A stretch of DNA of 64,000 nucleotides from Desulfosudaceae bacterium (GTDB taxonomy: Bacteria; Desulfobacterota; Desulfobacteria; Desulfobacterales; Desulfosudaceae). Positions 18,433-28,586 of the stretch are shown in pieces. The notes below the pieces were generated by a model. That model saw only the letters and a program-made list of their open reading frames with translations. It was not told the DNA's origin and made no database searches. Position 1 is the stretch's first letter; each line of letters opens with the position of its first letter. Location: contig CAXXDV010000003.1 in NCBI GenBank assembly GCA_963674745.2, forward strand, positions 2,560,001-2,624,000. Reading direction: 5' to 3'. The position numbers were made by a program, and so were the translations under genes.

Positions 18433-21400
18433 TCAGTTATTCAACAGGGTATTGAAGAAACATCCGCCGCCGCCACCGCCGCCCGAAGATTTGGGGGCAG
18501 CGTCTCCTCCCGGCCCTGACGGATCGACAATAATCCCGTTGACGGTATTGTCCACATCGCCGGTGCCACCGTCGGTAATGGTCATGGTCATGGACATCCG
18601 GTCGGCGCTGAAAGTGACTTCCGTTGAGAAATCATACCAGCCGTTGATGATATCGTACTTATACCAACGCATATTTGCGGGAACGGCATCAGTAAAGTAA
18701 ACCGTAATGGTTGCCGTATCACCGGGTTGGGACAGGCGGACGCGGAAATTCAGCAGGTCCGCCGGCAGGTAAGCGGGTTGGCCATCAGAATTATCCAGGT
18801 CCGTTGGATCGATCAACTCCAGCATTTCAAACAAGCCGCCCCCTTCGACCGAAATACCCGAATAATAACCGGACAGTGCGATATAGGTATCCTGAATATC
18901 CGCCGTCCCGGGCAAGGTGGTAAAAGAAAACGTCTCGGACCACGCTGAAGGCAGGCCGTTTTCATCATAGAACCGGACCCGGCGATAGTAGACCGAATCC
19001 GGCTTCAGAACGCCGGCCGGCATCTGAAGATATGTCAAACAGAAATCTCCGATGGCTTCATAGGTCAGCGGTTCAAAATCAGGTGAGGTGCTGAACTGCC
19101 ACTGGGAGGAGGCATGACCGAGTCCTTCCGGATGGGTATAATCCTCAGTGGTGCAGATAGCCGTCAGGCTGACGTTCCCGGCCTGATTTCCAGGTGACTC
19201 ATGAATCGGCTGGTCCGGCCCCTCCTGTCCGTTGGGGGTCGGGTCGCTGTTATCGCCGATACCGTCGCCATCAGAATCCTGCCACTCGTTCGGATCATCG
19301 GGGAACACATCCAGGCAATCGCCGGTGCCGTCGCCGTCCCTGTCCGCTATATTAAAGACGGCCGTGACCGACATATCCTGATCCAGTTCGACGGTGCAGT
19401 CACCGGTACCGGTGCAGGCGCCGCCCCACCCGGCAAACGTGCTGCAGAGGTCGGGTTCGGCACTGAGCTGAACCGTTGAGCCGTCATCAAACGCTCCGCT
19501 GCAGGTACTGCCGCAGTCGATCCCGGCGGGCGTGCTGGTGACCCAGCCGCTGCCGTCACCGGTTGTGGACACGACCAGTTGCCTTGTAATCGTCGGCAAG
19601 GCAGAAGTCGACGTCGTAAAATACTTATCGGCGCCATAGGCCGTACCGCCCAGGTTTGTGGCATATGCCCGGTAATGATAAATAGTTCCGGGTGAAAGGT
19701 TGTATAGAGCGCCGGTAAAAGAACCGGTGGTTGTGGCGGCACCGGACTCGGTTCGATCGCCCGCGATGGTGGGATCGGCTGTAAGCCCCCAGCAAATCCC
19801 GTGCTGAGTGGGATCAGGATCGCCAAGATCCGTAATATTGCCATAGACGATGGCGGATGTCTGGCCAACCACGGCGGTCGCGCCCGTGGTTACCGTTGGC
19901 AATACGCCGACGGTTACCGTATCCGTGGCCGTATTATTGGTTTCATCAATTTCCGGCACACGATTGTCGGGATCCACAGTGCAATTACCGCCGGATCTGG
20001 GGTTGACAAAGGTCCCCGTTGCCGTGGGCGTGGCCGTAAATTCCAGGTCCAGCCGGCCTGTTTCAGCGCCGAAACTAATCGGACCACCAATGGCCCTAAC
20101 CTGCAAGTCGTTTGAAACAATGTCGGCGAGAATAGTTCCCGCCCAGATAATGTTCGTTTCGTAAGCAATGCTGACGGCCGAATAATTAATATTCGCATCC
20201 GGCAGGCTATCGATCAGAAGCACCTCATCGGTGTGAAAATGGGCATCGGCGGTGCCGGTATTGGTGATACTCAATGTCCAGGTCCAGCTATCTCCGAGTT
20301 CGACGGCGTCGGAAACGTCGTTGGTCTTGGTCACCGTCAGTTCCGGCTGGACGCCGGTTCCTTTAACGTCAAACGTATACGGATTTTCATCGGCATCTTC
20401 ACTGGCGATACTGATGGTGGCCGTGCGTTCACCCAGGTCCGCCGGGGTAAATTCAACCTCAAACGTGGTGGTTGCACCCGGGAGTATGGGTGACACCGGC
20501 GGCGTGGTCACCACGAATTCGGCACTGTGTGTACCGGAAACCGCCACCATCGGCGTTCCGGTCAAATACAAGGGGCCGGCGCCGGCGGCGTTTTCTATGG
20601 TAAAGGTGCGTGTGGCAACACCGCCCAGAAGCAGGACGTTGCTAAAGTCGGTGTGGTCGTTTAAATCCGGGGTGTCGTCGCCGTCGACAATTTCCAGTCC
20701 ATTGCCCTGAACACTTATCTCCGGCAGGGCGTTGGTGGTAAAGGTCATGTCAGCGCCGTTGACGACCCCGCCCAGGTTATCGCCTTTCACCCGGTAGTGG
20801 TAGGTGGTGCCGGGCGTCAGTCCGGTCAGCGTGAAGCTGGCGGCCGTATCCGTGAGGCCCGTAACCGGGCTCGGGGCCGCCGTGACCGTGGTGCCGTAAG
20901 CGACGGTTTCCCCGTATTCAAAGGCGACGGTGGTGTCGGCGTTGTTGGCATTGACCGTACCGTTCAACGTGGCCGTGGTTGCAAGAACAGTTGTGGCCGC
21001 ATTAGTCGTAACGGTCGGCGGCGCGGCTGCCGTGGTAAACGTCATGTCCGCACCGTTGGTGGTGCCGCCCGGGTTAACGCCCACCACCCGGTAGTGATAG
21101 GTGGTGTTGGGTGTCAGGCCGGTCAGCGCGGAACTGACGGCCGTATCCGTAATGCCCGTAACCGGGCTCTGGTCCGCCGTCACCGTGGTGCCGTAAACGG
21201 ACGTCAGGCCGTATTCAAAGGTGACGGTGGTGCTGGCATTGTTGGCGTTGACCGTGCCGTTTAACGTCGCCGTGGTGGTGCCGATGCCGGTGGCCGCGCT
21301 GGTGGTGACCACGGGGGGCACCGGAAGGGTGGTAAACGTCATATCCCCGCCGTTGGTGGTGCCGGCCCCATTGACCCCGACTACCCGGTAATGATAGAGG

Positions 21401-24400
21401 GTGTTGGGTGTCAGGCCGGTCAGCGCATAACTGACGGCCGTGGCCGTATTGCCCGTGACCGGGCTTTCGGCCGCGGTTACCGTGGTGCCGTAGGCAACGG
21501 TTTCGCCGTATTCAAATGTTACGGTGGTGCTGTTATTATAGGCATTGACCGTGCCGTTTACGGTTGTTGTGGTGGTGCCGACACCCGTGGCCGCATTGGT
21601 CGTGGCGGCAGGCGGCGCGGCTACCGTGGTAAAGGTCATGTCGGCGCCATTGGACGTGCCGCCCGAATTCACCCCGACCACCCGGTAATGATAGGTGGTG
21701 TTGGGGATAAGACCTGTCAGCATGTAGCTGACGGGCGTATCCGTGTTGCCCGTAACCGGGCTCTGGTCCGCCGTCACCGTGGTACCGTAAGAGGCGTCCG
21801 TGCCGTATTCAAAGGTGACGGTCGTGCTGGGATTGTTCGCGTTGACCGTACCGTTTACGGTCGCCGTGGTGGTGGTGATGCCCGTGGCCGCGTTGGTGGT
21901 GACCGTGGGCGGCGTGTCATTGTCCAGGATCGTGGCCGTGTAAACCGTGGTAGCACCCTGAGTCGCGTTGGTCGGAGCGCCCATGGTGACAGCCACTGTT
22001 TCATCGCTTTCCATTGTGCCATCATCGACAACTGTGATGGTCATCGTTTGCGTCGTGGACCCGGCCGCAATGGTGATCGGGCTGGCCGTAATCGTATAGT
22101 CTGTTCCACCGCCCGTAGCATCGCCGCCGGTGGTAAATGGAACGGTCACCGCAAGGCCCGATACGGCCGAAAGCTGGGCCGTTATGGTCAGGGGGCCGCC
22201 ATTTTCGGCAACAGACTGGCCGGCGGAGGTAAACGTTACCGTCGGCGGGGCGTCATTGTCGGCAATGGTGGCGGTATGGACCGTGGTCGCGCCCTGGCTG
22301 GCGTTGGTGGGCGTACCCATGGTCACCATGACGGTCTCATTATTTTCATCCAGGGCATCGTCGGTAACCGTAATGGTTATCGTCTGGATGGTGGACCCGG
22401 CCGCGATGGTTATGGGACTGGCGGTAATCGAATAGTCCGCGCCCGTGGCCGTACCGCCGACAGTATAGGGCACGGTCACCGGCAGACCCGATGCGGCTGA
22501 AAGCTGGGCCGTTATGGTCATGGTACCGGTGTTCTCAGCACCGGACTGAGCGGCGGAGGTAAACGACACCGTCGGCGGATCGTCATTGTCGCTGATGGTG
22601 GCGGTATGAACCGTTGTCGCGCCCTGGCTGGCGTTGGTGGGCGTACCCATGGTCACCACAACCGTCTCATTATCTTCATCCAGAGTGTCGTCATTCACCG
22701 TGATGGTGATGGTCTGGGTCGTGAACCCGGCCGCGATGGTTATCGGACTGGCCGTAATCCCATAGTCCGTTCCTCCGCCCGTGGCCGTACCGCCCACGGT
22801 AAAAGGAACGGTCACCGCAAGGCCCGATGGGGCCGAAAGCTGGGCCGTTACGGTCATGGTGCCGGCGCCCTCAGCGCCGCTCTGACTCGCGGACGTAAAC
22901 GACACCGAAGGTGTGGGATCATCGTCCGTGATGGTGGCGGTATGGACCGTGGTGGCGCCCTGGGTGGCGTTGGTGGGCGTGCCCATGGTTACAATGACGG
23001 TCTCGCTGTTCTCGTCCAGGACGTCGTCATTCACCGTGATGGTAATCGTCCGGGTCGTGGCCCCGGCCGCAATGGTGATTGGACTGGCCGTAATCGAATA
23101 GTCGGTTCCCCCGCCCGTAGCTGTTCCGCCCACGGTAAAGGGCACGGTCACAATATCACTGGAGGTTGTCGACAGTTCGGCGGTAATGGTCATGGTGCCG
23201 ACATCTTCCGCCCCGGTCTGGCTGGCGGCGGTAAAAGAAACGGCCGGCAGCAGGGAGGAAAGCGTGACAATGGGTGACGTCGGTGTCCCCGACCAGCCGG
23301 TTTCCGGCGGTGTGGCGCTGTCGGTCAGGTTGCGGTAAAGCTGACACCAGGTAATATCTGTTTCCGTGATCACCCATTTATTGGTACAGCCGCGATAACC
23401 CAGAAAATAATAATCCTTTTTATAATATTTCCTGCCGTTATAAAGACCGCCGACAACATCGATATACAGTCCATTTACATCGGCATTGGGGGCATCGGAA
23501 ACCAGGTAGCAGACCGGGTCAAAATTGATGCCAAAATCATTTCGCGTGGCCTGATATACCGCGGAAGCATTGCCCCCTGAAAAGGCGCTGTTCTGAAAAG
23601 CAAATGTCAGGTTGGTGACGTCATCCCCGTCGGCATGGTTCGTTGCTGCACCGGTCAGGGTGACGGACAGTTCCGTATCGCTGATCCGTTCGGCCACGGC
23701 CGTCAGGCCGGCCGGCAGGTTGGTGACGACCAGTTTTCCGGCAGCGACAAAATCATCGCCGTTGCTGCCGGTAAAGATTTCTCCCTGGTAATTATTATGG
23801 GTGATGATCATCACCGGTTTGTTGTGAATGGACCCGTCATTGGCCACGCCTTCTAAAAAGACGGTTTTGCTGTAAGCCAGCGCGGGTGCGGCCGGAAGGA
23901 CCGTGGGATACGGATATTCTCCGTTGCCGCCCCAGTTCCGCCAGTTGGTTTGCGGCGGCAGGTCGGCGGCCGAGTTATTGTAATAATAAGCGGTATTCCA
24001 GGTTGTATCCGGCCCGATCCGCCAGTTTGATTGGAGATTATACGTACCCCAGTATAGGACCTCGCCGGTCCCGAAATCGGTAAAAATCAGCTTGCCGTTG
24101 TAGACACCGCTTAAGCCGTAAATGCCGTTGGCCGCATCGGTCCCGGCATTAATGGCCATATATTCCCGGTAAAAATAGATGCTCAGGTCGTTTTTGGTGG
24201 AATTAAACACCCCGGCCGCTGTCGACAGAGTAAAAGCGCTGTCCTGGAAGGTAAAGGTGACATTGCTGACATCGTCCGCCGTGGTATGGCTCGCTGCATT
24301 ACCGGTAAAGGTTACGCTGAGTTCGACATTGCTGACGCGTTCGGCCACTGCCGTCAACCCGGCTGGCAGATTGGTCACCACCAGCTTGCCGTCGGCCACA

Positions 24401-26175
24401 AAATCGTCGCCGTTGCTGCCGGAAAACTCGTCTCCTCCGCTGTTGTTGTGGGTAATGATCAGCGGCGTAGTATTGTTAATGCTGCCGTCATCGGCGGCAG
24501 CCTCGGCGAACAGGTCCACGCTGTAGCTGACGGACGCTTCGGCTCTCATAACCGTAGGGCCCGGGGCCACCCCCGGACTTTCGGCCTGGACCCAGCCGGT
24601 TTCAGGCGGAAGCGTATCTGTGTTGGCGGCCCTGAAAAGCGGGCAATAATTGTTGGCAATAACGCCATCAACAATCACCCAGTCCTGGGGACATAATTTC
24701 CAGTACATCGTAAACAATCTGTCGGCAGTTACAAAATAAAGCCGGCTGTTTTCGGTGCCGTCATCATAATAGATCCCATCGACCGCTGCCGTTCCGGCTC
24801 CGGAAACCACATATGCCACCGGATCAAAATTGATTTTAAAACCGGTTTTTGAATAGCTGTAAACCGCCGACGCGCTGCCGCCGGAAAAGGCACTGTCTTG
24901 GAATACGAAGCTTATATTTGTCACATCCGTTGTATGATTCGTTGCCGTGCCGGTAATGGTCACGCTGAGTTGCGTGTCGCTGATACGCTGGGCAACCGCA
25001 GCCAGGTTGGCCGGCAGGTTGTTGACGATCAGTTTTCCATCGGCCACGAAATTATCGGCGTTAATGCCGGTAAAAATTTCCCCGTTATAGTTGTTCAGGG
25101 TAATGATCAGCGGATCACCATTATCGATAACGCCGGCGGCAGCCTCGATGAAAATGACCCTGCTATAATCCAGGGCCGGTCGTGCCGAAAGAACGGTGGG
25201 GACCGGAAAAAAACCAGCGGGACACCTGTACCAGGGTGTTGAAGGGGGATTATCGGCACTGGAGTAGGCACTGTTATAATACCGGTTACTATAGACAGTA
25301 TCCGGACCTATAATCCACCTTGAATAGCTGCCGTTGCTATCCCACCAGATTGTCTCTCCTGTCCCGCTTTTGGTAAACTTCTTCTTACCGTTAAAAGAGC
25401 CGTCAAGCCCGTAAATGCCTTTTGCGCTTCCCAGCCCCGCATTCACGACAATGTATTCATAGTAAAAGTTTATCTTCAGGTCGCTTTTGGTGGAACGATA
25501 CACCACCGAAGCATCTCCGCCGGAAAAGGCACTGTCCTGGAAGACAAAGGTCAGGTTGCTGACATTATCACCTGTGGTATGGTTCGTTGCCGCGCCGGTC
25601 AAGGTGACGCTGATTTCGGTGGCGCTGGTGCGTTCGGCCACAACGGTCAGGCCGGCCGGAAGATTGCTCACCACCAGTTTGCCGGCGGCCACGAAATCAT
25701 CACCGTTGGTGCCCGTAAACGTGGCTCCCGCCCAGTTATTATGGGTGATGATCAGGGGCGTTGTGTTATTTATCGTTCCATCGTCTGCTGATGCTTCTGT
25801 AAAAAGATCGCAACTGTAACTCAAGGCAGGTTCCGCCCGGGTAATGGTGGGAGCCGGGTTTGCGCCTCCAGCCCGTTCCCAGCCTGTTTCCGGCGGATCG
25901 TTTTCCTGAGAGCTATTTCTGTAAAGCGGACAATCACTGTCATTAAGATTAGAGCCATTAATAATTATCCATCGGTTTTGCATACATCCCCGGTAAAAAA
26001 GCCGGTATGTCCCATTTATAAATACGGGCCGGCCCTCATGGGTCCCGGACTCGGTATACACCCCGTTCACACCGGCTGTTCCTGCGCCCACGACCTGATA
26101 ATCGGTTGCCTGGACCGTCTGGCAGAAAAATCCGCCAAGGAACAGTATCATTAATATAAAAAATAGCCTTTTCAT
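18433..26175 (-). CDS. Giant secreted multi-domain surface protein (2580 aa)
   Basis: Signal peptide; 5+4 alternating N-terminal modules; 4 Calx-beta; FN3-like repeats; Ig-like and CARDB/DUF11-like domains; InlB-B-like repeat; TSP3-like Ca-binding repeat; choice-of-anchor U-like domain; GGGGGGGCFFNTLLNN tail. Confidence 0.85.
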   Translation of the reverse strand: MKRLFFILMILFLGGFFCQTVQATDYQVVGAGTAGVNGVYTESGTHEGRPVFINGTYRLFYRGCMQNRWIIINGSNLNDSDCPLYRNSSQENDPPETGWERAGGANPAPTITRAEPALSYSCDLFTEASADDGTINNTTPLIITHNNWAGATFTGTNGDDFVAAGKLVVSNLPAGLTVVAERTSATEISVTLTGAATNHTTGDNVSNLTFVFQDSAFSGGDASVVYRSTKSDLKINFYYEYIVVNAGLGSAKGIYGLDGSFNGKKKFTKSGTGETIWWDSNGSYSRWIIGPDTVYSNRYYNSAYSSADNPPSTPWYRCPAGFFPVPTVLSARPALDYSRVIFIEAAAGVIDNGDPLIITLNNYNGEIFTGINADNFVADGKLIVNNLPANLAAVAQRISDTQLSVTITGTATNHTTDVTNISFVFQDSAFSGGSASAVYSYSKTGFKINFDPVAYVVSGAGTAAVDGIYYDDGTENSRLYFVTADRLFTMYWKLCPQDWVIVDGVIANNYCPLFRAANTDTLPPETGWVQAESPGVAPGPTVMRAEASVSYSVDLFAEAAADDGSINNTTPLIITHNNSGGDEFSGSNGDDFVADGKLVVTNLPAGLTAVAERVSNVELSVTFTGNAASHTTADDVSNVTFTFQDSAFTLSTAAGVFNSTKNDLSIYFYREYMAINAGTDAANGIYGLSGVYNGKLIFTDFGTGEVLYWGTYNLQSNWRIGPDTTWNTAYYYNNSAADLPPQTNWRNWGGNGEYPYPTVLPAAPALAYSKTVFLEGVANDGSIHNKPVMIITHNNYQGEIFTGSNGDDFVAAGKLVVTNLPAGLTAVAERISDTELSVTLTGAATNHADGDDVTNLTFAFQNSAFSGGNASAVYQATRNDFGINFDPVCYLVSDAPNADVNGLYIDVVGGLYNGRKYYKKDYYFLGYRGCTNKWVITETDITWCQLYRNLTDSATPPETGWSGTPTSPIVTLSSLLPAVSFTAASQTGAEDVGTMTITAELSTTSSDIVTVPFTVGGTATGGGTDYSITASPITIAAGATTRTITITVNDDVLDENSETVIVTMGTPTNATQGATTVHTATITDDDPTPSVSFTSASQSGAEGAGTMTVTAQLSAPSGLAVTVPFTVGGTATGGGTDYGITASPITIAAGFTTQTITITVNDDTLDEDNETVVVTMGTPTNASQGATTVHTATISDNDDPPTVSFTSAAQSGAENTGTMTITAQLSAASGLPVTVPYTVGGTATGADYSITASPITIAAGSTIQTITITVTDDALDENNETVMVTMGTPTNASQGATTVHTATIADNDAPPTVTFTSAGQSVAENGGPLTITAQLSAVSGLAVTVPFTTGGDATGGGTDYTITASPITIAAGSTTQTMTITVVDDGTMESDETVAVTMGAPTNATQGATTVYTATILDNDTPPTVTTNAATGITTTTATVNGTVNANNPSTTVTFEYGTDASYGTTVTADQSPVTGNTDTPVSYMLTGLIPNTTYHYRVVGVNSGGTSNGADMTFTTVAAPPAATTNAATGVGTTTTTVNGTVNAYNNSTTVTFEYGETVAYGTTVTAAESPVTGNTATAVSYALTGLTPNTLYHYRVVGVNGAGTTNGGDMTFTTLPVPPVVTTSAATGIGTTTATLNGTVNANNASTTVTFEYGLTSVYGTTVTADQSPVTGITDTAVSSALTGLTPNTTYHYRVVGVNPGGTTNGADMTFTTAAAPPTVTTNAATTVLATTATLNGTVNANNADTTVAFEYGETVAYGTTVTAAPSPVTGLTDTAASFTLTGLTPGTTYHYRVKGDNLGGVVNGADMTFTTNALPEISVQGNGLEIVDGDDTPDLNDHTDFSNVLLLGGVATRTFTIENAAGAGPLYLTGTPMVAVSGTHSAEFVVTTPPVSPILPGATTTFEVEFTPADLGERTATISIASEDADENPYTFDVKGTGVQPELTVTKTNDVSDAVELGDSWTWTLSITNTGTADAHFHTDEVLLIDSLPDANINYSAVSIAYETNIIWAGTILADIVSNDLQVRAIGGPISFGAETGRLDLEFTATPTATGTFVNPRSGGNCTVDPDNRVPEIDETNNTATDTVTVGVLPTVTTGATAVVGQTSAIVYGNITDLGDPDPTQHGICWGLTADPTIAGDRTESGAATTTGSFTGALYNLSPGTIYHYRAYATNLGGTAYGADKYFTTSTSALPTITRQLVVSTTGDGSGWVTSTPAGIDCGSTCSGAFDDGSTVQLSAEPDLCSTFAGWGGACTGTGDCTVELDQDMSVTAVFNIADRDGDGTGDCLDVFPDDPNEWQDSDGDGIGDNSDPTPNGQEGPDQPIHESPGNQAGNVSLTAICTTEDYTHPEGLGHASSQWQFSTSPDFEPLTYEAIGDFCLTYLQMPAGVLKPDSVYYRRVRFYDENGLPSAWSETFSFTTLPGTADIQDTYIALSGYYSGISVEGGGLFEMLELIDPTDLDNSDGQPAYLPADLLNFRVRLSQPGDTATITVYFTDAVPANMRWYKYDIINGWYDFSTEVTFSADRMSMTMTITDGGTGDVDNTVNGIIVDPSGPGGDAAPKSSGGGGGGGCFFNTLLNN

Positions 26176-26198
26176 CCTTCTCCCCCTTGCTTAAAGGA

Positions 26199-27236
26199 TT
26201 ATTTTTTAAAAAAATTCGTTTTTATAATTTGAATATCTTTCTTTCTCGCGTTCATTACCGCCGAGGCCTCGCCGTCACTGAAGGCCGTATTCTGAAACGT
26301 GAACGTCAACGGGACGACATCATCATTATCTATAAGTTCACCGGTAAATATGAGGCTCAGATGGTTTTCGTCCAGACGGGTCATCACCGGCATTAATCCT
26401 GCGGGCAAACCTGCTACGGTGACTTTGTTATCAACCACAAAATCATCACCATTCGTGCCGGTAAACGTTTTACCGGACACATGGGGCAGTGTAATGACTG
26501 CCGGTGCTGAATTGTCGACAGGATACAGGCTCGTCTTTGCCCTTGGAAATTCGGTTTTGCTGTAGACCAGGCAGGGTTTGCTGACGCGCTTTACCGTGGG
26601 CGTGGGATCCAGGTTGTTTTCACCGCAACCGGTTTCCCATCCATCCTGGGGCGGGGTCTTTGAATCGGTCTTGTTTTTGTACAGGTTACGGTCTCCGTCG
26701 ATAATCATCCATTTGCTGTGGCAGCCTTTGTAATACAGGATGTATTGATCATGGCCGTATTGATCGCCGCCGGTTTCGTGCTTTCCGCAAGGCGTATAAA
26801 TCCCGTTCACCGCGGCCTTGCCGGCCCCTTTCACCTGGAAATAATCGCCCAAAGCATCCGGCAAAAACAGGGAGGCTTCAAGTACGGTCAGCTTCGTATC
26901 CGGCGCCTGCGGGGCGGAAACCGCTGTCCAGCCCCTTCGGGGAGGCGCCGCTGTCTGTTTGTCGTTTTGATAAAAAACGGTGTCTTCCCGGCTGATGACC
27001 CAGCCTTGGGTTTTATCTTTATAATAAATACCGAAAACGCCTTTGACGTACTGGGGATGATTATGGCGGTTTCCTGCCTTTATATAAGTGCCGTTGACGC
27101 TATGTCTTTGGGCCCCGGTAACGACAAGGCCTTTTCTCAACTCGGTTTCGGCACCGCTCCCGGATGCCGGGAAAACAAGCAGCAGAAAAGATAAGATAGC
27201 CAAAGGATATATGTTTTTAACAATGATCATACCCAC
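26199..27236 (-). CDS. Secreted protein sharing the N-terminal modules of the giant protein
   Basis: Signal peptide; two V.GA....VNG.Y...W.I...Y.N...PP..GW modules plus one FTGTNGDDFV...LPAGL...FQNTAFS module. Confidence 0.8.
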   Translation of the reverse strand: MGMIIVKNIYPLAILSFLLLVFPASGSGAETELRKGLVVTGAQRHSVNGTYIKAGNRHNHPQYVKGVFGIYYKDKTQGWVISREDTVFYQNDKQTAAPPRRGWTAVSAPQAPDTKLTVLEASLFLPDALGDYFQVKGAGKAAVNGIYTPCGKHETGGDQYGHDQYILYYKGCHSKWMIIDGDRNLYKNKTDSKTPPQDGWETGCGENNLDPTPTVKRVSKPCLVYSKTEFPRAKTSLYPVDNSAPAVITLPHVSGKTFTGTNGDDFVVDNKVTVAGLPAGLMPVMTRLDENHLSLIFTGELIDNDDVVPLTFTFQNTAFSDGEASAVMNARKKDIQIIKTNFFKK

Positions 27237-28273
27237 AAATTCCCCAGAGCCCCGATCGCAAGGCTTAATAAAAACGTTTCAATGACGACGGTTATCAACA
27301 CCACGAAAGTCAGTTTTTTTCCGATAAACTTAATCAGCATCACCAGAGACGTAATGCAGACCGAGGTCGATGTCAGGGAAAAGGCCAGGGCCGTACCCAG
27401 CGGAAGGTTGGCGCATCTCATCAAGGGTTCTAAAAACAGCACATCAGCGCCATTGCAGAAATAAACCGGCACCCCGACCACGATGACCAGAACGGTCCCC
27501 AGAAAGTTGTTGCTCAGGTCGTAGTTTTTCAGCAGGCTGCCGGGAACATACAATTCGATCAACACCCCCATGGCGCCGGCAAGCAATAAAAAAGGAAATA
27601 TATTTTTAAAAATAACATAGGTGGTTTCATAAACATTGCTTTGGGCCATCGGGCAGCTTTTTTTTCCCGGGTTACACATGATCAGCGTACCCATCTCCTG
27701 CGGTTCCATTCTCCGATAAAACAGGTTGGCGATATAACCGGTTGAGACAGCGATGATAAATGAACAGATCACACGTAAAACAGCGTATCGCAACCCCAGG
27801 ACCGATATGGAAAGCATAATGATATAAGGGTTTAACAGGGGTGCGGCAACGACAAAGGTCATTACCGTCCCAAAGGATATTTTATTGCTCATGGTCTTAA
27901 TTAGCGGAATGGCGCTGCACGAACAGACCGGTATGATTGCCGCGTATAAAAAGGCCGAAGCCGGGTTATTGGGTATAAACCGCTTTAATTTAGAAAAATA
28001 TTTTTCCAGCAGACTGGCCACAAAAATACCGGCAATGACGACCAGGATCAATTCGATAAAATATTCGTAAAACATGAAAGCCGCTCGCGGCAGGGTAACG
28101 TAAAGGATGCACTCCTGACGGTTCAGATAGGTAATCCCGTTGGCATACTTATAGATCGTATCAATGATAAGTAAAAAAAAAGAGATCAGGATTAAACCCT
28201 TGATCCATAGTTCTCTGCGCACTTCGAATGTATTCCGCCTTTTGACAGCGGTAACAATTCTCATTTGAGACAA
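27227..28273 (-). CDS. Predicted permease (DUF318/ArsP-like)
   Basis: About 9 TM segments, PVCSCSAIP, AAPLLNP, GVPVYFC; start uncertain. Confidence 0.75.
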   Translation of the reverse strand: MSQMRIVTAVKRRNTFEVRRELWIKGLILISFFLLIIDTIYKYANGITYLNRQECILYVTLPRAAFMFYEYFIELILVVIAGIFVASLLEKYFSKLKRFIPNNPASAFLYAAIIPVCSCSAIPLIKTMSNKISFGTVMTFVVAAPLLNPYIIMLSISVLGLRYAVLRVICSFIIAVSTGYIANLFYRRMEPQEMGTLIMCNPGKKSCPMAQSNVYETTYVIFKNIFPFLLLAGAMGVLIELYVPGSLLKNYDLSNNFLGTVLVIVVGVPVYFCNGADVLFLEPLMRCANLPLGTALAFSLTSTSVCITSLVMLIKFIGKKLTFVVLITVVIETFLLSLAIGALGNLWV

Positions 28274-28468
28274 TCTCGATTTACTGAAATGATTTTTATT
28301 CCCCTTATAAAAAAATTATTATGGCATAAAGGGAACAGTAAATCAAGAGAATAGCACCTCGACCTAATCAATTTTAGTGTTATATTATAGATGTTTATAA
28401 TACCCCCGGCAGGGATCAGTTCACACTACCCACCAGCGGGTTTATTCGAAATTCTAAGGCTGCTCTCA

Positions 28469-28583
28469 TTAAAAGGGGGCGGGCTTGTCGGTCCTCTGGC
28501 CGGAGCTGCTGTCACTGCTGACCATCGGTGTCTCTATTTTCACCCTGGCCACAGTCCGATTCGCCCGGCGCGCCGCCGCCTGA
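28469..28583 (+). pseudogene. Displaced 3' fragment of the ABC permease gene (direct repeat copy 2)
   Basis: Encodes the same GLSVLWPELLSLLTIGVSIFTLATVRFARRAAA* peptide; decayed similarity extends back to ~28400. Confidence 0.85.
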
Positions 28584-28586
28584 TGC

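Larger units (their letters stand above)
18037..28583. mobile_element. Putative genomic island integrated in the 3' end of the ABC permease gene; no integrase
   Basis: Bounded by a ~114-bp direct repeat; carries three co-oriented minus-strand genes; the right part is AT-richer. Confidence 0.6.

Noticed and set aside
19801..25819. Long plus-strand ORFs opposite the giant gene (e.g. 21391..22500, 22606..23277)
   Set aside because: Shadow frames of a GC-rich repetitive gene with no recognisable protein features.
17923..28583. Duplicated 114-bp segment as a DGR template/variable repeat pair
   Set aside because: Differences are not adenine-specific in either copy, all are synonymous, and no reverse transcriptase is present.
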